Positions 53,821 to 64,000 of a DNA stretch of 64,000 nucleotides are shown one piece after another (within the stretch, counting starts at the first letter, position 1; the number at the start of each line of letters is the position of its first letter). The DNA is from Octopus bimaculoides. Its lineage: Eukaryota. The position numbers were made by a program, and so were the translations under genes. The DNA is taken from contig NC_068991.1 of the NCBI RefSeq assembly GCF_001194135.2, forward strand, positions 4,072,175-4,136,174. Reading direction: 5' to 3'. The notes under the pieces are model-generated. The model made no database searches, was not told the origin of the DNA, and was given only the letters and a program-made list of their open reading frames with translations.

Positions 53821-54606
53821 CAAAGTAGCTAGTCGTAAAATTTCTATGAGACCGGCAAGTAAGAACTCTACTGAAAAGTAACGTATGTTGCCACTTCAAC
53901 ATGGCTGTTTCGTACGAAACCTCGTGACTACTATTTTTCTTTCTTTTTACTACTTTTTATCTATTGTTATTTTTTATTTCATTTCTATTTTTTACTACTG
54001 CATCTTCTCTCGTTGTTTAAGGACACGACCTGTGCCCGATATATTGCAAGCAGGGGAGCAAACACCTTGCAATTTGACAGGACCAGTTGACCTGCCTGGA
54101 TTCGGGCTATGTTTTGTCCATCCTCAGTAGTTCAAAGAGAGTTAGAGCTTGTGAATCCAACCATTTAAGAGATAGTATCTATCCAATATACTGCTGGTAG
54201 AATACCCAATTATTAATACACAACTGTTGGTTATTGGGTGATAATTACACTACTGAGCGTAATAAATGGGTGGGGGTAAAAAGTGGTTTTACCCTTAATT
54301 TATACGGCAAGAAGAAAATGGAAGGGATCCAGAAGTAGTATTCATCAGTTGTTAGACGTTATATTATGTCTATTTATTTATTTTAAACAATTATGAGAAT
54401 ATATGTACATGTGTAAAGATTGTGTTTTACATATAAAGTACCAGTAATTTCTAGAATAGAGAACGAAGAACAGGTCCTTACAGCTGTTTCTACCAAGAGG
54501 TCACAATACCGCACATGTTATTTCCATCTTTTCAGTGTACTGTAGAGATCGGTAGATAAAATTAGGTTACTTGGGTGTGCTTCTAGACTCTATTTTCTTC
54601 TTGCCG

Positions 54607-54664
<58 letters not shown>

Positions 54665-55402
54665 NNNNNNNNNNNNNNNNNNNNNNNNNNNNNNNNNNNN
54701 NNNNNNNNGAGAGAGAGAGGGAGGGAGAGAGAGAGGGAGAGAGAGAGGGGGAGAGAGAGGGAGAGAGAGGGAGAGAGAGAGAGAGAGAGAGAGAGTACAG
54801 AAGACAACAGACAAATACAGTTGAGGGAACAAATAAGAGATATATTATTAGGACGCGCGTGAAGAATGGAAAAGTATTCGACATACAAAGTCTATGTTGT
54901 TTGGCAGTAAGAAATGAGAGGGAAAAAAAATTAAAGAAAATTTGGAGAGAGAATAAAAATGTGTCGGGGGTCAACAGGATACGTGTATGTGTGTGTGCGA
55001 GTATGGTTATGTAAGCATGTATCTGCTGGCTGCTACATCCGAAAAAGCAATGTCATGTGACGTATGATACGACACTGTACTGCTGGATAGAGTTGAAATC
55101 AAAGAAATATTTTTCAGAAGAGAGTAAAATATTAAATCTGTTAGCGTTTTACTTTTCTTTCTCAAATGAAACTTGAAATGATGCGTGATATGGTAGGCTG
55201 TTATTTTGTTTCTACATTTTCTTTTTTCTTCAGCTACTTTGGCAAGGAAAATAAAAGGCAAAAAGTACAAATGTACAACAGCATAAACATGAGCAGTGTG
55301 ATCAAATATGTATTATCAAATTTGTTGAAGTCTTTGAAGAACCTTCCACGCTGTTGGGCAAAGCCGTGATCTTCTAAGTCGTTGCGTCATAAATGGGGAA
55401 GC

Positions 55403-55448
<46 letters not shown>

Positions 55449-55997
55449 NNNNNNNNNNNNNNNNNNNNNNNNNNNNNNNNNNNNNNNNNNNNNNNNNNNN
55501 NNNNNNNNNNNNNNNNNNNNNNNNNNNNNNNNNNNNNNNNNNNNNNNNNNNNNNNNNNNNNNNNNNNNNNNNNNNNNNNNNNNNNNNNNNNNNNNNNNNN
55601 NNNNNNNNNNNNNNNNNNNNNNNNNNNNNNNNNNNNNNNNNNNNNNNNNNNNNNNNNNNNNNNNNNNNNNNNNNNNNNNNNNNNNNNNNNNNNNNNNNNN
55701 NNNNNNNNNNNNNNNNNNNNNNNNNNNNNNNNNNNNNNNNNNNNNNNNNNNNNNNNNNNNNNNNNNNNNNNNNNNNNNNNNNNNNNNNNNNNNNNNNNNN
55801 NNNNNNNNNNNNNNNNNNNNNNNNNNNNNNNNNNNNNNNNNNNNNNNNNNNNNNNNNNNNNNNNNNNNNNNNNNNNNNNNNNNNNNNNNNNNNNNNNNNN
55901 NNNNNNNNNNNNNNNNNNNNNNNNNNNNNNNNNNNNNNNNNNNNNNNNNNNNNNNNNNNNNNNNNNNNNNNNNNNNNNNNNNATATATATATATATA

Positions 55998-56604
55998 CAC
56001 GCACGTCATATAAATAGACATCTTTTTATATTTATTCTAACTTGTAAAGGTATATATTTTTTATTAATTAACATTTTTATGCTTCAGGTTCTGTACATGA
56101 ATTTTTAATCATGTCACGTACAAAAGAAGCCTGAATTGCAAAGAGGCCGTATTGTGGGTTATTCTGAAGGTGGAGATGGCGTAAAACGCAGAAAACGTTA
56201 GGATCCTGCTTTCTACAGTTAATAGAGCGATTGTGCAATTTATCAGAAAGAGGAAGGAGTCCGCATCACCTCACCCAGATCAACCAGGACCCTTTGACAA
56301 GCCCCATCCAGATACGAAACCTATTGTATACTTCTGGGATATAATTGTCAGTAAACTTCATAAAAAGAACAAGAAAGCATCTTCAAAACCAGATCTTTAG
56401 AGATTACTGAATGAAACTTGGCAAGAAATTCCGCAAGAGAATAGTCGTCATCTGATCAGTAACATGCACAGAAAAATGCTAAGGGCATGCCTACTAAACA
56501 TTAAATATTCACATCATAGCAATTAATATATAATTTGAATGCTTAATTTCAGATTAAAATAAATTTTAATGAATATATGGGCGTCTATTTATTTTTGTCG
56601 TGTG
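55998..56604 (+). mobile_element. Tc1-like transposon, internal-deletion derivative
   Basis: MSRTKE/PELQRGRIVGYSEGG (from 56111, HTH start) fused to PDTKPIVYFWD...TWQEIPQENSRHLISNMHRK (from 56308, SPDLNPIE-like C-terminus); imperfect TIRs sharing ATAAATAGAC; TA on the left. Confidence 0.85.
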
Positions 56605-56793
56605 TGTGTGTGTGTATTGTATTACTTCAATTATGTTGAAAGAACAAAACCTTACGTTGTACAATTGTATAATATCTTTATCATCATGGCTCTAATAAAA
56701 TCTTAAATCTTGTAAAACAAATCTGGTGTGGTTATCATCTTATTTCTTTCTCTATTCATATCACCACGTGTGTTTCCCCACTAAAATATATTC

Positions 56794-56825
<32 letters not shown>

Positions 56826-57237
56826 TCTTTTATTCTTTTATTCTTTTACTTGTTTCAGTCTTTTGACTGTGGCCATGCTGGAGCACCGCCTTTAGTCGAG
56901 CAAATCAACCCCAGGACTTATTCTTTAGAAGCCTAGTACTTATTCTATCGAACTCTTTTGCCGAACCGCTAAGTTACGGGGACGTAAACACACCAGCATC
57001 GGTTGTCAAGCGATGATAGGGGGGACAAACACACACATACAAACATATACACACACATACTTATATATATATACATATATACGACGGGCTTCTTTCAGTT
57101 TCCGTCTACCAAATCCACTCACAAGGCTTTGGTCGGCCCGAGGCTACAGTAGAAGACACTTGCCAAAGATGCCACGCAGTGGGACTGAACCCGGGACCAT
57201 GTGGTTGGTAAGCTAGCTACTTACCACACAGCCACTC
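56826..57237 (-). mobile_element. tRNA-derived SINE family A, full length
   Basis: Complete head to (AATAAAAG)n-like tail; best-preserved A copy in the window. Confidence 0.95.
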
Positions 57238-57310
57238 ATTTATTGAAGGTGAATTAAGGTGAAAAAATTCCCGGATTACTACTCAGAGTAACACGTACTC
57301 GACCATCGGG

Positions 57311-57349
57311 CAATCATGAGTACCAATCATGAGTACCAATCATGAGTAC
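57311..57349. repeat. 13-bp tandem repeat x3 (CAATCATGAGTAC)
   Basis: Three exact copies. Confidence 0.95.
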
Positions 57350-57419
57350 CAAAAAACAATGGGTTTTGAAAACTGTAGAAACCATGTCTTTTAATTGCAA
57401 TCCTTTCCTTGATTATTCT

Positions 57420-57451
57420 GTTATCGATCAGGTACCTACCTGATCGATAAC
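57420..57451. repeat. Perfect 15-bp inverted repeat with 2-nt loop
   Basis: GTTATCGATCAGGTA-CC-TACCTGATCGATAAC. Confidence 0.95.
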
Positions 57452-57960
57452 ATGTTGATGACCTTTTTCCCAGAATTTACTGATGTGTCTGTAGATAAAG
57501 ACAGTCTTTGAAGTTGTCATTTGTAGCTCGGTCTAAATTTTATATGTAGCGCTACTATCGATCTGGATCTCAGCTTTGTAAACAACGCCTTTGAACAGGC
57601 AATTACCATTAAGATGGCTGCTGCCAAGGTGATTGATTATGCACTTAAAACCGTCATATTATCCACTGGATTTGTCGACTCCATTTACGTTGTTCTGTTT
57701 CACAAACAATTCAGAGATTTTCAGACAGTAAACGCTAAACATCAGTGTTCTTGTGTCAAAAATTCTAGAATACCTATGCTCAATGGAAAAATGCCTAAAC
57801 ACTTCATTTAATGTAGAGCTGAACCACAAAGCGCTTAAAGTTCAGCCGTCGTGTGACCTCCTGTGGTTACTTTCAATTCCAGCATAACATGTATTTCAAA
57901 CTATTCCACTAGCCTGTATAAGTTTCGTCCAATGTCTTAAACAGCTTTTTCATAAATTAC
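57452..57960 (-). mobile_element. Penelope-like GIY-YIG endonuclease region, decayed
   Basis: EHRYSRIFDTRTLMFS and NGNCLFKGVVYKAEI...TYKI/..NDNFKD (57610-57510) match the PLE H.LHKIFN.NT.K.SY and CPL.G.CL...VVYKA....YIG..F K pattern. Confidence 0.75.
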
Positions 57961-57989
57961 TTTTATGTAAAAATAAAGGTCATTAACAG

Positions 57990-57998
57990 CTTTCTCAG

Positions 57999-58061
<63 letters not shown>

Positions 58062-58062
58062 C

Positions 58063-58105
<43 letters not shown>

Positions 58106-58110
58106 CATCC

Positions 58111-58195
<85 letters not shown>

Positions 58196-58200
58196 ACTAT
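57990..58200. repeat. (TCTA)n tetranucleotide array
   Basis: Direct reading. Confidence 0.97.
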
Positions 58201-58279
58201 CAGTCTGTCTGTCTATCCAACTTTCTACTTAGTTACCTATCAATCTACTTCTATCTCTCACTTGTTCATATACATATAA

Positions 58280-58363
58280 TCTTGGGGTCTATTTCTTTGA
58301 CTAAAAAGCGTTGCTCCAGCATGGCCCCAGTCAAATGACTGAAACAAGTAGAAGGATAAAAGA
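58280..58363 (+). mobile_element. SINE family A tail fragment
   Basis: GCTCCAGCATGGCCCCAGTCAAATGACTGAAACAAGTA. Confidence 0.85.
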
Positions 58364-58379
58364 AACAAAAATATATGCA

Positions 58380-59450
58380 AACACACGTATATGCATGAGT
58401 AATAAGTCTCTTCTATGTATTGATTGATTATAAGATTTTGCTTTAATTCTGTCACTATAATCAAGATTTCTGATGAATATTGAAGTCCCCAATTATATTA
58501 TCATCATTTCTAGAATCTTATAACCATAGATTATGAACGAAGTGATATTTGTGGGGGAGGCTGTCTTATTATAGCTGTAAGGTCCAATATAAATTATGTC
58601 GAAACTTATGAAGGTGTGATATGATGATTAATACGTTATCATTAAGATGTTTATTTTTGTCACTATTTATGATTACGTGTGTATATGTGTTTATCATAGC
58701 ATTGAGCATTGCCATGGGTATTGCTTGTATTATTTGTCGAAAATTCTCTAGGTTATAAATGTGTTTTCCTACCATGATTTTTCTATTTTGTTTGGTTTTG
58801 TGACTTTACACATTGCAATTACTCTTCAAGCGCATGGGGTTGGGCGATATAGTATCATTTATATACGAACAATATATTCATTGGAATAGTGACGTATACT
58901 TTCGCAATTAAATTTATAAAACCACACTAGTCATTAGCAACATAGTTATTAATAATTTTATTTTGTATAATATTGTCATTATAGTTTATTTTAGCGTTAA
59001 TTTATGACATGGTGTATTGGATATTGTCCTCTGTATCCCGAGATATTTTCTGTGCACACATATCTTTAGCATATATTCATTTCTTATATTGAACCTTTGT
59101 GTGAAATATTTGTCTTTATTAATTTGGCTTCTGATGTTTTTGTTATGTTCTCTATAGCTTGGTTTATTACTCAGAATTAGTGCTTTGTGCTTGTTGAATT
59201 TCTGAATATCTATATTAAGAATTTCTTTTAAAGTGGCCAAACGAAAACCTCTTCTACATTGTATTTTCCCGATGGACACTTCGTATCTATGTAGGCATAC
59301 ACTGTGTTCATCCAGGTGTGTGCATTTATTTCATCTTGAAGGTGAGGTCAAGATGATCTAGAAGCGTTCATCTTCGATTTACAATATCTATTGCTCTAAA
59401 AGACGACCAGCAGATCTTAAGAAAATAAGAAAGTAATTTGATTAAAAAAC
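58380..59450 (-). mobile_element. Possible decayed N-terminal region of a Penelope-like ORF
   Basis: Minus-strand ORF 58986-59279 plus fragments LYRPTP and SRNDDNII..IIV...YIEE resembling PLE pre-RT motifs; weak. Confidence 0.42.
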
Positions 59451-59495
59451 AAACTACGCTACAATCGTGTGAAATAAACACACACACACACACAT

Positions 59496-59533
<38 letters not shown>

Positions 59534-59672
59534 CACACATACACACACACATACGCATACAGGTACAGTAATCACAGTCAGACGTCTGTATTTCTATATT
59601 GGGGGCAATCGTTCAGATGTTTAGAAAATCTTTAAAGGGAGATATAAGTACGATTGCATGCATAGTAATGTC

Positions 59673-59845
59673 TTGCAACCTGTTTGAAGATTACATAACT
59701 TCAGATAGAGTAAATAGGAACCATTTGTTGATCAACATCTCAGTAATTTATGTATATAGAGTCTATATACATAAATGAGATCTTGATAAGCAAATGGCTC
59801 CCTTTTACTGTAACTGGAATAACGTAATCTTCAAACAGGTTGCAA
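59673..59845. repeat. 173-bp foldback palindrome
   Basis: Outer 22 bp (TTGCAACCTGTTTGAAGATTAC) and inner 15 bp (ATTTATGTATATAGA) perfectly inverted about G59761; the middle is imperfect. Confidence 0.93.
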
Positions 59846-60980
59846 ATCATAGCAGTCATACTCTATAACATAGAGTGTGACTGTTTGTTTTTGAGGTTTC
59901 CTTGTGTTGTTATTTCGATGTCAGGGGTTCACTAAAATGATACTCCTTCATATGAATGTACCCGATGTGTATAACTAAGCTGTAACCATTTAATACCACG
60001 TGGTCTATAAGGGAATATTTTAGGAGTTCTTAAAATTGCTAAAAAAAAAAAGCTCCCCAGAAGCTAGAGTATTTTTAGTACTTTAATGCTAGCAACGATA
60101 TTCTCTTTATCTTACAATATCTTAATTCTTTCCGTCGTACTTCCATTTTTACATTAATTTTTAATTTCTCACTCTTCCCTCTCCCTCCCTCTATTTCTCC
60201 CCCCCTCTCTCTCTCTCTTTCTATCTTTCTCTCTCACTATCTAAATATGTATGCGTGCATGTATGCATATATATATATATGTATGCATATATACACGCAA
60301 ACACTCACACACACACACATATATACCAACATATGTAAATATATATATATATGGTCACATATACCTATATATGTAAATATATTCCCTTCGAAATTGCTCT
60401 TAACTGTGGTTTGGACTTTTTGACTGCTCTTTCTAGTATGTTAGGCAACCTGTTAAGGCTCCCCTCTTTGTGTTTAAATGTACACTAATTTTTATATGTA
60501 AATATATGTACGTAAATATATATATTGTCACACATACTTATATTGCAATTATATACATGCATTCACACACGCATATATATATGTGTGTGTTTGCAAGAAT
60601 GTGTGCGTGTATGTGCGTATGTGTGTGTGTGTGTGTGAATCTGTGTGTATGTGTGCATGCGTGTGTGTTGCATTACATTATATTTAAATCTGTGTCTGCT
60701 TCTAGATTTCCTTCCACTGTATTGGCACCGCACAACTGTTCTTCGCTGTTGACCAAATCATTTGTTGCAGTTCTACACAGTCCTTCGGCTCACCCCCTCC
60801 TCCAATCTTCCCATCCACTCAGCGCAGACAACCAGACAGCCGCAGGTTAATTCTGCAGTGACACATCCGTGCCTTCACTTAACAATAGATTAACCACAAA
60901 CATTGCACTGTTACGCCATATTAACTCCGAACGACGTATGTGACAATAACTTCAGAATGGAATAAACCGCTAGGGACTCG

Positions 60981-61057
60981 AGCGTCAGACAAATACAATT
61001 TCAATGGGGAATCTTTTATATATGGCTACCAGACGTCATGTAGCAAAGATGACATCA
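60981..61057 (-). promoter_or_regulatory. Candidate core promoter: two CRE-like sites and a TATA box
   Basis: Minus strand TGATGTCA (61057-61050), TGACGTCT (61038-61031), TATATAAAAG (61022-61013), in unique, relatively CpG-rich sequence. Confidence 0.35.
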
Positions 61058-61099
61058 TTCCACTTAGTATTTCAGGAAGATCGCTGTTGTGGTCGTCGT

Positions 61100-61113
61100 C
61101 ATTAAAAAAAAAT

Positions 61114-61164
<51 letters not shown>

Positions 61165-61297
61165 CACTACTACTACTACTACTGCTCCTGCTGCTGCTGC
61201 TGCTGCTACAGCTGCTGCTGCTGCTACAGCTGCTGCTGTTGCTGCCGTCACTAATCCTACTACTACTACCACTACTACCACTACAACAACAACAACA

Positions 61298-61328
<31 letters not shown>

Positions 61329-61406
61329 TTTTTTATCATCGTCCTCAACTTCATCATCATCACCGTTATCATGATCATGATCATGATAATCATCGTCGTC
61401 ACCAGC

Positions 61407-61469
<63 letters not shown>

Positions 61470-61560
61470 GTCATCATCGTCATCATCATTATCATCATCG
61501 TCATCATCATCATCATCATCTTCATCATTATCGTCCCCGTCCTCCCTCATCATCATCACT
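61100..61560. repeat. (TAC)(CTG)(AAC)(CAT)n compound microsatellite tract
   Basis: Direct reading. Confidence 0.95.
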
Positions 61561-63457
61561 TTTATCTTTCTTATCATTATTCTTTCCCTTTGTTTGTTTT
61601 TTTTGTTTTGTTTCAATTGTCAAGTCCTGTCAATATATTTTATGCCGCTTTTTAACTTTTCTTTTCCTTGTATTCGATGCTTCAATTTGTTTGTTATTTC
61701 TTCTGTATTATTTTTGCTTTTTTTTTTTTTTTGCTGAGTGCTTTTACAAGGTTTTATAATATATATTTTTCTTTCTTATATATCGTATGACAAAAGTACT
61801 GCTCTTACTGCCGTTTTTAGTATCTCTACCTCGTCCTCTCTCAATTTCGTGCTTTCGCAACAAAACTAAGATCTGTTGATTTTACTCTTCTTTTCGTTTC
61901 ATTGTTTTGTTGCCATTATAGGAAATGTGTTTCTATACTTTGTTCTCATTTTCTCTATTTATTGTATATTGACATTTTATGTCCCNNNNNNNNNNNNNNN
62001 NNNNNNNNNNNNNNNNNNNNNNNNNNNNNNNNNNNNNNNNNNNNNNNNNNNNNNNNNNNNNNNNNNNNNNNNNNNNNNNNNNNNNNNNNNNNNNNNNNNN
62101 NNNNNNNNNNNNNNNNNNNNNNNNNNNNNNNNNNNNNNNNNNNNNNNNNNNNNNNNNNNNNNNNNNNNNNNNNNNNNNNNNNNNNNNNNNNNNNNNNNNN
62201 NNNNNNNNNNNNNNNNNNNNNNNNNNNNNNNNNNNNNNNNNNNNNNNNNNNNNNNNNNNNNNNNNNNNNNNNNNNNNNNNNNNNNNNNNNNNNNNNNNNN
62301 NNNNNNNNNNNNNNNNNNNNNNNNNNNNNNNNNNNNNNNNNNNNNNNNNNNNNNNNNNNNNNNNNNNNNNNNNNNNNNNNNNNNNNNNNNNNNNNNNNNN
62401 NNNNNNNNNNNNNNNNNNNNNNNNNNNNNNNNNNNNNNNNNNNNNNNNNNNNNNNNNNNNNNNNNNNNNNNNNNNNNNNNNNNNNNNNNNNNNNNNNNNN
62501 NNNNNNNNNNNNNNNNNNNNNNNNNNNNNNNNNNNNNNNNNNNNNNNNNNNNNNNNNNNNNNNNNNNNNNNNNNNNNNNNNNNNNNNNNNNNNNNNNNNN
62601 NNNNNNNNNNNNNNNNNNNNNNNNNNNNNNNNNNNNNNNNNNNNNNNNNNNNNNNNNNNNNNNNNNNNNNNNNNNNNNNNNNNNNNNNNNNNNNNNNNNN
62701 NNNNNNNNNNNNNNNNNNNNNNNNNNNNNNNNNNNNNNNNNNNNNNNNNNNNNNNNNNNNNNNNNNNNNNNNNNNNNNNNNNNNNNNNNNNNNNNNNNNN
62801 NNNNNNNNNNNNNNNNNNNNNNNNNNNTACACTCAGGTTTTGATATATCTATCTATCTATATTTATGTATATATAAATAAACAGACAGACAGACAGATAG
62901 ATAGATAGATAGTACTTCCATTTTTTCCGGTAAGCAGAGTTAGATTTACGACTCTAAATCTTGCATTGATCGCCATTAATATAATGAAATAAAGCGTTTC
63001 CCTGAAGAGCTGTTGTAGATCTGCATCTAATTGCATTATGAATTCCCACTCTTGCGGATACAGAAAGATCCATTGGCGAAACATGTGTAGGGAAATATTA
63101 GAATTAAATGCCTTTTGCTTTTATAACACACACTCACGTACACACACACACACACACACACAGACATACACACACACACACACACACACACATGCACGCA
63201 CACAAACACGCACACGCACAAACACGTGCACGCACACACGCGCGCATGCACAGATACATATACTCTCTCACACACACATGTATATGCATAATACCTATGC
63301 ATATGTTTATATGTTTGTGTGTGTGTATATATATACATATACATTGTATACATATTTTATGTATCTATATATATATATACATATAATTGTATTCATATCT
63401 ATGTATACAAATTTATCTCTCTATCTACCCATCTATCTATCTATCTGTACCTTTCTT

Positions 63458-63501
<44 letters not shown>

Positions 63502-63519
63502 NNNNNNNNNNNNNNNNNN

Positions 63520-63584
<65 letters not shown>

Positions 63585-64000
63585 AATGAATTTGTGTGTG
63601 TGTTTGCGTGCTTATTAAGTTTCTCATGAGAGTTTATGTTTTATGTAGTCGAAATGAAATCAGCTATACGAAAAACGAATCGTTATCTTCAGAATTGCGA
63701 GTTTAAATAAAAGAGGAATGAAGGAAGACACCAACGTTAATGGAAAGGAGAAATTAAGTAGAAAGTTAGGTGAGGCAATAGAATGAGTTAGAGAGATGTC
63801 ATTAGATTAAGATAGGGAATGAATCAGCAGCCTAAGTTAAGGGATATCGACGAGTATAACTGTGTATCTAAATCAACGAAGGGTAGCTTGGATGTGTCAA
63901 GAGAAGGTGACGATGAGAGAGTATCGATCTAGAGGAGTAGGTGCTGTTGTTACCTACATTCGATTATAACTGCGGCAAATTGAGTACAATTGAAACAGTA

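Noticed and set aside
12991-62908. Longest ORFs in the track (e.g. 32947-34377, 33014-34531, 61876-62880, 12991-13929, 28612-29349, 55374-56021)
   Set aside because: They consist of X from N gaps plus (TA)n/(CA)n translations; artefacts

Overview
AT-rich, microsatellite-saturated animal genomic DNA with many N gaps, almost all flanked by simple repeats. The repeat families resemble those I recall from octopus, so the taxon is inferred, not proven. I found no host protein-coding exon that I can name: the long ORFs in the track are artefacts of N runs or simple repeats, or are decayed transposon ORFs. Supportable content: (1) three tRNA-derived SINE families, labelled here A (head GGAGTGGCTGTGTGGTAAG), B (head AGGCGGCGAGCTGGCAGAA, body GCCTTTCATCCTTTCGGGGTCGATAAA) and C (head GTGGAGGCGCAATGGCCCAGTGGTTAG), some in chimeric arrangements; (2) several Penelope-like element (PLE) relics, including a 2.2-kb decayed RT and a 183-bp inverted-repeat pair whose arms each carry a minimal hammerhead ribozyme motif (23906-24420, the best finding); (3) 3' fragments of restriction-like-endonuclease (R4/Dong-like) LINEs that abut trinucleotide microsatellites; (4) Tc1/mariner relics and MITEs; (5) a 173-bp foldback palindrome; (6) a few unique segments with promoter-like or CTCF-like motifs, all speculative. 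Translations, alignments and coordinates were done by eye, and the boundaries of degenerate elements are approximate.
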